Notes under the pieces: generated by a model
What the model saw: only the letters and a program-made list of their open reading frames with translations
Told to the model about the DNA's origin: nothing
Databases searched by the model: none
NCBI RefSeq assembly: GCF_902713615.1
Contig: NW_024055458.1
Coordinates: forward strand, 186,001-250,000
Origin: Scyliorhinus canicula
Taxonomy: Eukaryota
Direction: 5' to 3'
Length of the DNA stretch: 64,000 bases
Shown: in pieces, positions 1 through 13,459 of the stretch
How the letters are laid out: every line of letters starts with the position of its first letter
Position numbering within the stretch: the first letter of the stretch is position 1
Position numbers and translations under genes: made by a program

Positions 1-2430
1 GATCCCAAGAAATGGAATTTGTGGAATATCGATGAAAAGTTTTTTTGGAGCAGCTTGTGATAGAGGTCAGTCGAGAACAGGCAATTCTACATTTGCTGAT
101 GTGTAATAAGAACATAAGAACATAAGAACTAGGAGCAGGAGTAGGCCATCTAGCCCCTCGAGCCTGCTCCGCCATTCAATTAGATCATGGCTGATCTTTT
201 GTGGACTCAGCTCCACTTTCCGGCCCGAACACCATAACCCTTAATCCCTTTATTCTTCAAAAAACTATCTATCTTTACCTTAAAAACATGTAATGAAGGA
301 GCCTCAACTACTTCACTGGGCAAGGAATTCCATAGATTCACAACCCTTTGGGTGAAGAAGTTCCTCCTAAACTCAGTCCTAAATCTACTTCCCCTTATTT
401 TGAGGCTATGCCCCCTAGTTCTGCTGTCACCCGCCAGTGGAAACAACCTGCCCGCATCTATCCTATCTATTCCCTTCATAATTTTAAATGTTTCTATAAG
501 ATCCCCCCTCATCCTTCTAAATTCCAACGAGTACAGTCCCAGTCTACTCAACCTCTCCTCATAATCCAACCCCTTCAGCTCTGGGATTAACCTAGTGAAT
601 CTCCTCTGCACACCCTCCAGTGCCAGTACGTCCTTTCTCAAGTAAGGAGACCAAAACTGAACACAATACTCCAGGTGTGGCCGCACTAACACCTTATACA
701 ATTGCAACATAACCTCCCTAGTCTTAAACTCCATCCCTCTAGCAATGAAGGACAAAATTCAATTTGCCTTCTTAATCACCTGTTGCACTTGTAAACCAAC
801 CTTCTGTGACTCATGCACTAGCACACCCAAGTCTCTCTGAACAGCGGCATGCTTTAATATTTTATCGTTTAAATAATAATCCCGTTTGCTGTTATTCCTA
901 CCAAAATGGATAACCTCACATTTGTCAACATTGTATTCCATCTGCCAGACCCGAGCCCATTCACTTAACCTATCCAAATCCCTCTGCAGACTTCCAGTAT
1001 CCTCTGCACTTTTCGCTTTACCACTCATCTTAGTGTCTTACCACTCATCTTAGTGTCATGAGGTCGACTTGACTAGGGAACTGAAGGAGAAGGAACCCTC
1101 ACGGGGCAGTGACCACAATATGATAGAATTCATCCTGCAGTTTGGAGGTCGAACCTGGAGTCAAATGTAACGGTATTACAATTGAATAAAGTTAACTACA
1201 AAGATAAAGGGAGGAGCTGGCCAGAGTTGATTAAAAGGGATATGAGCAGGGAAGACAGTGGAACAACAGTGGCAGGACGTTTTGGGGACTATTCGCGAGG
1301 CACTGCATAAATTAATCCCAATGAGGAGGAAACATGAGGACAGAGCATCCACGGTTGACAAGGGAAGTCAAGGACAGCATAAAAGCAAAGGAATAAACAG
1401 ACAATGTGGCAAAGATTAATGGGATGCCAGAGGATACGAAAGTCTTTAAAAGCTGATGTAATGTAAAAGCTAATAAAGATTTTTATTATTACTTTTGAAC
1501 TGGGGGCACTGATGCTACGTTTTCAGACGATGCAAAGATACGTAGAGGAATAGGTTGTGCTGAGGAAGCAGAGAGGCTGCAGAAAGACCTGGTCAGGCTA
1601 AGAGAGTGGGCAAAGAAGTAGCAGATAGAATGCAATGTAGAAATGTTTGAGGTTCCGCACTTTGGAGGAAACATAGAGTATTTTCTAATTGGGGTAGGGC
1701 TTAGGAAATCAGAAGCTCAAATGGACTTCCGAATTCTAGTTGAGGATTCTCTTAAGGTTAACTTGAAGGATCAGTTCGCAGCAAGGAAGGCAAATGCAAT
1801 TTTAGCATTCATGTTGCGAGGGCTAGATTACAGTAACAGGGATGTAACTGTTGAGGCTCTATAAGGTCAGACTCCCATCTGGAATATCGTGAGCAGTTTT
1901 GGTCCCCTTTTCTAAGGAAGGATGTGCTGGCCTTGGAGAAGCTCCAGAGAAGATTCACAAGTCTGATCCTCGGAATGACGGACTTTTCATAAAAAGAGCA
2001 GTTGAGGACTCTGGGTCTGTGCAGGATAGAGTTTAGAAGGATGAGGTGCTGTGGGGGGTGAGGGCGCGGGTGGTGGGGTTGGCGGAGAGGAGGAGCGGGG
2101 GGGGGGGTCTCATTGAAACTTACAGAAAAGCGAGAGACCCAGTAGGTGAAACTAGAACCCGAGGGCACAGCCTCAGATTTAAGGGACGATCCTTCAAAAC
2201 TGAGAAGAGGAGCAATTTATTCAGCCAGAGGGTCTTGAATCTTTGGAACTCATTCCCGCAGAAGGCTGTGGAGGCCAAATCACTGAGTGTCTTTAAGATA
2301 GAGATAGACAGGTTCTTGATTAATAAGGGGATCAGGGATTGTGGGGAGAAGGCAGGAAAATGGGGATTAGAAACATAACAGTCACGATTGAATGCGGAGC
2401 ACACTCGATGGACTGAAAGGCCGGGTTCCG
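1..2430 (+). mobile_element. Degraded CR1-clade LINE (EN, RT and 3' tail fragments), interrupted by a younger CR1 at 109-1057
   Basis: Residual FLEQLV..REQAILD, GSDHNMIEF and HFGG..NLWNS..FLINKGI motifs with many stops and indels. Confidence 0.8.
109..1057 (-). mobile_element. 5'-truncated CR1/HER1-like LINE 3' end
   Basis: ORFs 207-755 and 759-1028 encode the CR1 RT C-terminus (LVRPHLEYCVQFWSP, RNFFTQRVVNLWN); (TTCTTATG)n tail at 109-130. Confidence 0.93.
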
Positions 2431-2911
2431 CTCCTATCTCTTATGATTTTATGGTAGGAAGACCATCTATGGACGGCTTGATTGCCGTCGCAGATATGGT
2501 GGGTGGAAGGGCGTCTTTTTATACTGTAAAACACTCAGACTCCATGACCCTATGACAGGGTCTAAAGCAATGATCACTAATGCAGGGTGTAGATTAACTT
2601 AAATTCAGATTGCATCTCGTGCAGTGATTGCTGATCCAGGGTCTCGATTACCATAAACAGAGACAGGTTCTAGTGGAGCGATTACTCCTACAAAGTTTGA
2701 TTAACCTTCAATGAGATAGGACCTAAAGCAGTGATTATTCATATAGTATCTAGAATATTATAAACTGAGACAGGGTCTATTGCAGTCATTCCTTCTCAGG
2801 GTCTGGATTAATATATGTATAAAGAGTTAATAGGCCATATTATTAAAAACGTGGTCGACTAGGCTGGTTATGGGATGATTTTAATAAGGGAATTGAGGTA
2901 AAGAGGAGTAC

Positions 2912-3374
2912 TGTTGAAGGGACTTTAGTTGGCGGATTAGTTGCCTGAATACTCTGTATTCATTTTAACTGGCTGCTCGACTATATCTCATGTAAATAGG
3001 CACTTGGCAAAGCATGATGGATATTTAGCCTTATTTTTAGTCAAGAAGTTCTGTATGAAGCAGTCAGTGTAAACAAGCATACAGCTGCACACTGTTTTGC
3101 TGACAGCAGACAATTATTATTTTTCTTAGGCGAGGAACTCAAGGCCTGTACTTAAACTCAACTCCGGCCTGCTCGCTTTTCTCCCTTTTTGCTAATCTAA
3201 AGAATGCATTTTGTCCAAGATATTGCTTACTATAACTTATAAATTGCTTGCCTTACCTCTGTAAAGCGGGGACTTTTGGAATGACTGTGGTCTTTCTAAT
3301 CCCCCCACGAACTTCGTGTTAAATAAAGAACCTTTGGCGAAAACTCGAAGTGCTGACTATTAATTTCTTCAACA
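2912..3374 (+). mobile_element. Solo LTR (463 bp)
   Basis: Begins TGTTGAAG and ends CTTCAACA (8-bp inverted termini, TG..CA); flanked by AGTAC/AGTAG; internal AATAAA at 3322; absent at the matching site in copy B (~8700). Confidence 0.8.
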
Positions 3375-3687
3375 AGTAGGGAATGAATACCAGAGCTTAG
3401 GACAGAGACATATGAAGACATCGAAAAGTGAACTAAATAATTCAGAAGATAACATTACATCTTGATCGATTGGAGTTGCAAAAAATAAGAAAAATGTTTC
3501 ATATGCACACCTACACGAACGGTCAATACGTGTTTGCAGCGATTTTAGTAGTTCTTCTTAACCAGATGAGTCTTGTATGATTGGGTGGGCATTTCTCCTA
3601 TGAGTGCCCACCATTACCATCGTGGCGATACTGTGAGAACACAGTTATGTCTAACTCTGCCAGTGCATTAGGTGATGGGTTAATATA

Positions 3688-3857
3688 TTTTAAAAATAAG
3701 TTTAGAGTACCCAATTATTTTTTCCAGTTAAGGAGCAATTTAGCGTGGCCAATCCTCCTACCTTGCACGTCTTTGGGTTGTGGGGGTGAAACCCACGCAG
3801 ACACAGGGAGAATGTGCAAAATCCACACGGACAGTGACTTAGGCCCGGGATTCGAAC
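3688..3857 (-). mobile_element. 5'-truncated V-SINE, A-tailed subfamily
   Basis: V-domain core; 18-bp TSD with 1 mismatch (3670-3687/3858-3875). Confidence 0.85.
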
Positions 3858-5166
3858 AGGTGATTGGTTAATATAAATGGAGGCATGAAAATAATCACCA
3901 TCGTGAAAAAAAACGTTCCAATCGATAGAACATAACACAAGAGTAAATTCATAATTTTGAACAAAACAGAGATTTCCTCTAAATTTTGGAAATTGCTGTG
4001 CACCGGTGTTCACATGTAGACATGTCTCCCAAGACCAGTTCATTCCTGGGATGTTGGTAAAATATTCAACTCAATATTGCCCACACGATAGCAGAGCAAA
4101 TACACATTTAATACAACTACTTATAGATATTAACAGGAATTAACATAATCTCATAATCAACGATGATTGTACTTGGAGAAACAAGCAAACATGTACAATC
4201 ATTTATAATATTGAGAGACAACAGGAACATGGTCCGGTGTAATATCAACAGAGACAGGCCCTGGTGTGATGTAAAGAAACAAATTCCTGTGGAATATAAT
4301 AGAGACGGAACTTAATGTAATCTAATCCTATGCATATTCTAGCGTATTATTAACTGAGTGTAGCACACACAGTACAGTGTAGTATAGACAGTGACAGGGA
4401 TTGCTTTAATAGAAATAAAGACAGGGTCTCATTCAACATGAGAATAAACAGATTTGATGTAATACAGTGCATAGAAAATAGAGCCGAAGTAGACCATTCT
4501 GCCCTTCGAGCCTGCACCGCTATTCATTCTGATCATGGCTGATCATCCACCTAAATAACCTGTTCCCACTTTCCCCCATATCATTTGGTCGCTCCAGAGT
4601 TTTGATCCCCAAGAGCTTTATCTAACTCCTTCTTGAAAACATACAATACTTTGGAGTCAACTTCGCTCTGTGGTAGAGAATTACACAGGTTCATAATATT
4701 ACCCCTCATCTCAGTATTAAATGGTTTACCCCGTATCCTTAGACTGTGACCCCTGGTTCTACCTTCCCCGCCATCGGACACATCTTTTCTGCATCCGCCC
4801 TGTCTCGTCCTGTTACAATTTGATCGGTTTATAATCAGAGGGTGGATTTAATATTTCATAAATTAGTGTCTTCTGTTTTCTGACCTTCCTGCCAGTGAAT
4901 CAAGTTTCTTCCTAATTAATCAAACAAAACCCTGAATAATTTTGACAATTTTTACACGCATCCCATAACATGCTCGGTTCTGAGGAAAACAATCCGAGCT
5001 TCCAACCGCTGTGACCGTGCAGCTCATACAGTGTGAAGACCCAGTTGTATATATTTTTATGCCTTGCTTGTGTTCAGATGCTATTCTTGGAATTACTGAC
5101 ATTTTATATGGAGCCAGTGGAATTCCCATTCACCAATACCATCGTGTTAGAACAAGTTGTAAGACG

Positions 5167-5385
5167 GGAGCAGCACGGTGGTGCAGTTGTTAGCACTGCT
5201 GCCTCACGGCGCCGAGTCCCAGGTTCGATCCCGGCTTTGGGTCCCTGGGCATGTGGAGTTTGCACATTCTCCCCGTGTTTGCGTGGGTTTTGCCCCCACA
5301 ACCCAAAGATGTGCAGCGTAGGTGGATTGGCCACGCTAAAAAGCCAATTAATCGGGAAAAAATAATTGGGTATTCTAAATTTATA
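5167..5385 (+). mobile_element. V-SINE, A-tailed subfamily
   Basis: tRNA-like A/B boxes (GGTGGTGCAGTTG, GGTTCGATCCC) and V-domain; empty site in copy B near 15865. Confidence 0.88.
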
Positions 5386-7662
5386 AAAGAATAAGTCACA
5401 AGACTAATAAAAGACTAGCCTCTTAAAATTAAATTGACCCATGTAAGGCTGCACCCAGAATTAGAACTTTAGATACACTGAGCAATATCTCAGAATGTAA
5501 TGTCAAAATGCAAAGCATGATAGGTCAATAGTCTTGTTTCATGAGAATCAATATCACCTCTCACGACAGCCTGTGATCAAATGCAGGAGTATTTTATGTT
5601 TCAGTTGTTCCATCTTTTAGATGTGATTATATTACAGCCTTAGGGCTGCTTCGCAATATTGTTGCTGGACTGGTAATCTGGAGGCCTGAACTATTACTCC
5701 AGAGGCAGTACAAATTCCACCAGGGCATATTGCAATGATGTGAGCAGTTTTGGTCTCCTTACCTAAGGATAGATATTTTGGAGGCAGTCCAGAGAAGGTG
5801 CATGGGTCGAATGGCCAACTTCTGCTCCTACATCTTATGGTTTTATAATTGAATGAATTAATAAATCAGCAATAAAAATCGTCGTGTCATTCATAATACT
5901 CATGAAGCTCTTGAAATTTCCCAAAGCTCAGCAGGTTCACCAATGTCCTTCAGGAAAATAAATCTTCCCGCCTTCCCCTGTCTGGCCAATATGTAACTAG
6001 TTCAGCAATGATGTGGTTGACGCTTAACTACCTCTGATATTACCGAGCAAGCCAGTCAGTCGAAGAGAATCTGCTACATAAAGTCAAATGTAAATTCAAC
6101 TGTGCAAAGTGCACCTTATCTAAAAGGTGGTTCTCATCCGGCTTCACAGGATGGACAGTTAATGCTGACTTTGTCAGTGAGGGTCATAGGCCGGGAATGA
6201 ATGTTAAAAATAGTGCAAAGTGCTGCAGAATCCGGAAATCTAAAACAAAAATAAAATAAAAAAGGCTGCTCAGCAGGTCAGTGAGCATCAGCAGAGAGAG
6301 AAACAGATTCACATTTCTAGTGGATTGCCTCATTTACATAATTCTAAAGAGTAGAGCTGATTTTCCCAGTATCCTCGACCAATGTCCGTTCTTGAACATA
6401 AATCACAGATTGGTTGGTCACTGATCACATTTCAGGTTGTGGGATCTTGCTGTGCACAAAATCCCTGCTATGTTTCCAACATTACAGCAGTGACTAAATT
6501 CAGCAAAAATACATCAGTGAGTTTTCAGGGCGTTGGGATGACCTGAGGTCGGGTACAGCGTTTTACAAAAGGAAGCTCTTTCCAAATGTTAACATTTTAA
6601 AATGCAGGTTGTAAGATTTTGAAAGATCTGAAATTAATGTGAGTATAGATCACTCCTCTGCCTGATGTTTTAATTTATCTACTTTAAATCGGTTACTATT
6701 TCAATCAAATTAGCATTCAGTGGAATAACAGCCTGGTTAAAGATGCTTTATTAATTGAGACATCAGAACTTTCAGAATTAATACTTAATTCAACTGTATT
6801 CTTTAATTCAATTAAGTAACATCTGATCTAATGGAGGGTTCTATACATTTTAACAGACTGTAAATATTCTTAAAATAACCCGCTATTTTGAGTTGAAATT
6901 AATCAATAAGTGGCTGTGTTTATCTCGTTTTGCTGACATTGTGCCAGTGAGATGTTTATGTAAATAAACACAGAAATAGAAGGCCCAGTTTAGATTGCAG
7001 ATTGACAAAAACAAAACAACTATTTCCCCGCCGACACAGCACAGAAATAGAGATGAAGATGTAAATAGATTAACGGATTCAAGTAGTAATTGTTTTTGGA
7101 CATGTGTTTCTTCATCAGTTATATGAGAAAAATGTCATCATGATATCTATGTTCAGAATGAGGAACGTTTCCCTTTAATCTCGAATATTATGACATGCCA
7201 AATGTGTTCGTAGAGTTTTCATGTATCTGATATCTGTGTCTTTTTCCCAATTGGTTCTGTCTCATGTCTCTCCACGATGGGTCATTGTCTGTAATCGACA
7301 AATTGAAGTCAACATGTGCCCAATATATTCTCTCAGCCCGATCACACCCCATTGGCTTCCAACTAAATGGATCTAATCCAATGAATTGGAATACATAGAG
7401 AGAGTTTTCTTCTAAAATGTGGTTAGAGCATTCAATTACCTTGTTGTGTTTAATCAGAACTGTAGAGAAAATTTTACTCTGTATCTAACCTGAGCTGCAC
7501 AGAGTGGTGAGGATTTGATGTGGCAGTGCCGTATGATCTTTCCCTATATATAACCAGTCTGAGAGACATAGATAGTTTCTTGATTAATAAGGGGATCAGG
7601 GGTATGGGGAGATAACAGGAGATGGGCGATTAGAAACATAACAGTCATGATTGAATGAGGAG

Positions 7663-7881
7663 GGGCAGCACGGTGGCGCAGTGTTTAGCATAGCTGCCTC
7701 ACAGTGCCGAGGTCGATCCTGTCCCTGGGTCACTGTCCGTGTGGAGTTTGCACATACTCCCCGTGTTTGCGCGGGTTTCGCCGCCACAACCCAAAAGATG
7801 TGCAGGGTAGGTGGATTGGCCACGCTAAGTTGCCCCTTCATTGGAAAAAATGAATTGCTGACTCTAAATTTATTTTTAAAA
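7663..7881 (+). mobile_element. V-SINE, A-tailed subfamily
   Basis: Perfect 16-bp TSD ATGATTGAATGAGGAG (7647-7662/7882-7897); empty site in copy A near 2390. Confidence 0.9.
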
Positions 7882-8124
7882 ATGATTGAATGAGGAGCAC
7901 ACTCGATGGGCCTAATGGTCTAGTTCTGCTCATGTGTCTTATGGTTTTATGGTACGAAGACCATCTGTGGACGATCTTAGAATAGATAGGTGCTTGATTG
8001 CCATCGCCGATACGATGGATGGAAGGGCGTCATTCTGTATTGTAAACCTCTAAGACTCCATGGCTCTATGACAAGGTCTAAAACGATTATCACTCATACA
8101 GGGTGGAGATTAACCTAAACTAAT

Positions 8125-8400
8125 CCAAAAACCTTTATTGCCACAAGTAGGCTTACATTAACACTGCAATTAAGCTACTGTCAAAAGCTACTCGTCGCAG
8201 CATTCAGGCGCCTGTTCGGGTACACAGAGGGAGAACTCAGAAAGTCAAAGTTACCGCACGTCATTCGGGGCACGTGGGAGGAAACCATAACACCAGAGGA
8301 AACCCACACAGAACACAGGGAGAACGTGCAGACTCCGCACAGTGACCCAAGTCAGGAATCAAACCTGGGACCACGGCGCTGTGAAGCAACAGTGCCACTG
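8125..8400 (-). mobile_element. V-SINE (GTGGCAATAAAG-tailed subfamily)
   Basis: Reverse-strand B box and GGAAACC...CACACAG V-domain. Confidence 0.75.
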
Positions 8401-8989
8401 AGATTGGATCTAGTGCAGTGATTACTGATACAGAGTCCACACTAACATAAACCGAGACAGGTTCTAGTGCAGAAATTACTGATACAAAGTTTGATTCACC
8501 TTAAATGATATAGGACGTCGAGCAGTGACCATTGATTCAGAGTCTGGAATAGTCTAAACTGAGGTAGGGTCTATTTCGGTAATTCCTGCTGCAGGGTCTG
8601 GATTAATATATGTCTAAAGAGTTATTAGGTCAGATGATTGAAAGCTTGGTCGACGAAGCAAGTTATATGGGATGATTTTTATTAAGGGAATTGAGGTAAA
8701 GAGGAGTGTGGAATGCGTACCAGAGCTCAGGGCCGAGACGCATGAAGACATGGCAAAGTGAAACAATTAATTCCGAAGATAGCATTACGTCTTGATTGAT
8801 TACAGTTGCAAACATTTTGAACAATGTTTTTTCCACACCGACACGAACGGTCAATACGTTTTTGCAGTGATTTCAATTGCTCTCCTTAACCAGATGAGAG
8901 TTCTATGATTGTTCAGATATTTATCCTGTGGGTGCCAATCTGGCGATACTGTGAGACACGGTTCTGTCTAACACTGCCAGTGCATCAGG

Positions 8990-9925
8990 TTCTGACGATC
9001 CACTCTGCCTATGCTCCTCATAATTTTGTAGACCTCTATCAGGTCGTCGCTCAACCTCCGTCGTTCCAGTCAGAACAAACCAAGTTTATTCAACCTCTTC
9101 TCATAGCTAATGCCCTCCATACCAGGCAACATTCCGGTAAACCTCTTAAGACCATAAGACCATAAGACATAGGAGTGGAAGTAAGGCCATTCGGCCCATC
9201 GAGTCCACTCCGCCATTCAATCATGGCTGATGGGCATTTCAACTCCACCTCCCAGCATTCTCCCCATAGCCCTAACTTCTGCACACTCTCAAACGCCTCC
9301 ACATCCTTCTGGTAGTGTGGCGACCAGAATTGAACACTATACTCCAAGTGTGGCCTAACTAAGGTTCTATACAGCTGCAACATGACTTGCCAATTTTTAA
9401 GCACAATTCTCCGACCAATGAAGGCAAGCATGCCGTATGCCTTCTTGACTGCCTTCTCCACCTGTATTGCCCCTTTCAGTGACCTGTGGACGTGTACACC
9501 TAGGTCTCTCTGACTGTCAATACTCTTGAGGGTTCTGCCATTCACTGTATATTTTCCACCTGTATTAGACCTTTCATAATGCATGACCTCACATTTGTCC
9601 GGATTAAACTCCATCTGCCATCTCTCCACCCAAGTCTCCAAATGATCTAAATCCTGCTATGTCCTCTGACAGTTATCATCGCTATCTGCAATTCCACCAA
9701 CCTTTGTGTGAGAGAGAGTCATTGGACTCGAAACGTCAGCACTTTTCTCTCCCTACAGATGCTGCCAGACCTGCTGAGATTTTCCAACATTTTCTCTTTC
9801 GCCCTACCAACCTTTGTGTCGTCCGTAAACTTACTAATCAGATCAGTTACATTTTCCTCAAAATAATTTATATATACTACCAACATCAAAGGTCCCACCA
9901 CTGGTCCCTACGGAACACCACGAGT
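8990..9925 (-). mobile_element. CR1 LINE fragment with nested insertions (CR1 tail 9148-9275; 96-bp element 9710-9805)
   Basis: ORF 9090-9641 encodes CR1 RT C-terminus (WQMEFNPDKCEVMH, LVRPHLEYSVQFWSP). Confidence 0.88.
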
Positions 9926-10583
9926 CACAACAAGCAAATATATAAAATAATTTATAATATCGAGACAGACAACAGGAACATGGTCCAGTGTAATATTAAC
10001 AGAGACAGGCCCTGGTGTGATGTAAAGAGACACATTCCAGTGGAATATAAAAGAGGCGGAACTTAATGTAATATAATAATATGCATGGTTTAGTGTAATA
10101 TTAATTGAGTGTGGCACAAACAGAACAGTGTAGTATAGACAGGGACAGGATTTACTTTAATATAAATAAAGGCAGAGTCTCATTCAACTTGAGAAGAAAC
10201 AGATTTGACGTAATACAGTGACATAGAAAATAGAGCAGGAGTAGACCATTCTGTCCCTGCTCCGCTATTCATTCTGATCATGGTTGGTCATCCACATCAG
10301 TAACCTGTTTCCACTTTCCCCCCTGTCATTTGGTCCCTTTATAGCTTTGATCCCCAAGAGCTTTACCTAACGCCTTCTTGAAAACATAGAATACTTTGGA
10401 CTCAACTTCGTTCTGTTGTATAGAATTCACAGATTCACAAATCTCAGGGTGAACACATTGCTCCTCATCTCAGTCCTAAATGGTTAACCCCGTATCATAA
10501 GACCATAAGACCATAAGACATAGGAGTGGAAGTAAGGCCATTCGGCCCATCGAGTCCACTCCACCATTCAATCATGGTTGATT

Positions 10584-13459
10584 TCAACTCCATTTACCCG
10601 CTCTCTCCCCATAGCCCTTAATTCCTCGAGAAATCAAGAATTTATCAATTTCTGTCTTAAAGACACTCAATGTCCCGGCCTCCACCGCCCTCTGTGGCAA
10701 TGAATTCCACAGACCTACCACTCTCTGGCTGAAGAAATTTCTCCTCATCTCTGTTCTAAAGTGACTCCCTTTTATTCTAAGGCTGTGCCCCCGCGTCCTA
10801 GTCTCCCCTGCTAATGGAAACAACTTCCCTACGTCCATCCTATCCAAGCCATTCATTATCTTGTACGTTTCTATTAGATCTCCCCTCAACCTCCTAAACT
10901 CCAATGAATATAATCCCACGATCCTCAGACGTTCATCGTATGTTAGGCCTACCATTCCTGGGATCATCCGTGTGAATCTCCGCTGGACCCGCTCCAGTGC
11001 CAGTATGTCCTTCCTGAGGTGTGGGGCCCAAAATTGCTCACAGTATTCTAAATGGGGCCTAACTAGTGCTTTATAAAGCCTCAGAAGTACATCCCTGCTT
11101 TTATATTCCAAGCCTCTTGAGATAAATGACAACATTACATTTGCTTTTTTAATTACGGACTCAACCTGCAAGTTTACCTTTAGAGAATCCTGGACTAGGA
11201 CTCCCAAGTCCCTTTGCACTTTAGCATTATGAATTTTGTCACCGTTTAGAAAATAGTCCATGCCTCTATTCTTTTTCCAAAGTGCAAGACCTCGCACTTG
11301 CCCACGTTGAATTTCATCAGCCACTTCTTGGACCATTCTCCTAAACTGTCTAAATCTTTCTGCAGCCTCCCCACCTCCTCAATACTACCTGCCCCTCCAC
11401 CTATCTTTGTATCATCGGCAAACTTGGCCAGAATGCCCCCAGTCCCGTCATCTAGATCATTAATATATAAAGAGAAGAGCTGTGGCCCCAACACTGAACC
11501 CTGCGGGACACCACTTGTCACCGGTTGCCATTCCGAAAAAGAACCTTTTATCCCAACTCTCTGCCTTCTGTCTGACAGCCAATCGTCAATCCATGTTAGT
11601 ACCTTGCCTCGAATACCATGGGCCCTTATTTTACTCAGCAGTCTCCCGTGAGGCACCTTGTCAAAGGCCTTTTGGAAGTCAAGATAGATAACATCCATTG
11701 GCTCTCCTTGGTCTAACCTATTTGTTATCTCTTCAAAGAACTCTAACAGGTTTGTCAGGCACGACCTCCCCTTACTAAATCCATGCTGACTTGTCCTAAT
11801 CCGACCCTGCACTTCCAAGAATTTAGAAATCTCATCCTTAACGATGGATTCTAGAATTTTGCCAACAACCGAGGTTAGGCTAATTGGCCTATAATTTTCC
11901 ATCTTTTTTCTTGTTCCCTTCTTGAACAGGGGGGTTACAACAGCGATTTTCCAATCCTCTGGGACTTTCCCTGATTCCAGTGACTTTTGAAAGATCATAA
12001 CTAACGCCTCCACTATTTCTTCAGCTATCTCCTTTAGAACTCTAGGATGTAGCCCATCTGGGCCCGGAGATTTATCAATTTTCAGACCTTTTAGTTTCTC
12101 TAGCACCTTCTCCTTTGTGATGGCAACCATATTCAACTCTGCCCCCTGACTTTCCTGAATTGTTGGGATATTGCTCATGTCTTCTACTGTGAAGACTGAC
12201 GCAAAGTACTTATTAAGTTCCTCAGCTATTTCCTTGTCTCCCATCACTAGATTACCAGCGTCATTTTGGAGCGGCCCAATGTCTACTTTTGCCTCCCGTT
12301 TGTTTTTAATGTATTTAAAGAAACTTTTACTATCATTCCTAATGTTACTGGCTAGCCTACCTTCATATTTGATCCTCTCCTTCCTTATTTCTCTCTTTGT
12401 TATCCTCTGTTTGTTTTTGTAGCCTTCCCAATCTTCTGACTTCCCACTACTCTTTGCCACATTATAGGCTCTCTCTTTTGCCTTGATGCATTCCCTGACT
12501 TCCTTTGTCAGCCATGGCTGCCTAATCCTCCCTCTGATAACCTTTCTTTTCTTTGGGATGAACCTCTGCACTGTGTCCTCAATTACTCCCAGAAACTCCT
12601 GCCATTGCTGTTCTACTGTCTTTCCCACTAGGCTCTGCTTCCAGTCGATTTTCGTCAGTTCCTCCCTCATGCGCCTGTAATTACCTTTATTTAACTGTAA
12701 AACCTTTACATCTGATTCTACCTTCTTTCTTTCAAATTGCAGACTGAATTCTACCATATTATGATCACTGCTTCCTAAGTGTTCCCTTACTTTAAGGTCT
12801 TTTATCAATTCTGGCTCATTACATAACACTAAGTCCAGAATAGCCTGTTCCCTCGTGGGCTCCATCACAAGCTGTTCCAAAAAGCCATCCTGTAAACATT
12901 CAATGAATTCCCTTTCTTTGGGTCCACTGGCAACATTATTTACCCAGTCCACCTGCATATTGAAGTCCCCCATGATCACTGTGACCTTGCCTTTCTGACA
13001 TGCCCTTTCTATTTCGTGGTGCATTTTGTGCCCCTGGTCCTGACCACTGTCAGGAGGCCTGTACATAACTCCCATTATGGTTTTTTTGCCTTTGTGGTTC
13101 CTCAACTCTACCCACACAGACTCCACATCGTCTGACCCTATGTCGTTTAGTGCTATTGATTTAATTTCATTTCTAATTAACAAGGCAACCCCGCCCCCTC
13201 TACCCACCTCTCTGTCTTTTCGATAGGTTGTAAATCCCTGGATGTTTAACTGCCAGTCCTGAACCCCCTGCAACCACGTCTCTGTGATGCCTACCACATC
13301 ATACCTGCCAGTCACAATCTGGGCCACAAGCTCATCTACCTTGTTCCGTACACTGCGGGCATTTAAATATAGCACCTTTAATTCCCTATTGACTGTCCCT
13401 TTTTGTTTTCTTAGTGTGGTGGACCTTGGTTTACTGAGCCTTTCCATACACTGTGTCAT
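10584..13459 (-). pseudogene. CR1 ORF2p (APE endonuclease + reverse transcriptase) with a single 1-bp frameshift at ~11272-11276
   Basis: GITETW, GDFN, SDHNM, YRPISLTS, GVPQGSVLGP and FADDT motifs; C-terminus continues in ORF 10584-11336. The span is 2876 bp, so one added base gives 959 codons. Confidence 0.92.

Larger units (their letters stand above)
2310..7555. repeat. Segmental duplication copy A
   Basis: Collinear with 7560-18715 over many anchors, e.g. GAAGACCATCT.TGGACG, CCCCGTATCCTTAGACTGTG, CCAACTAAATGGATC. Confidence 0.9.
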
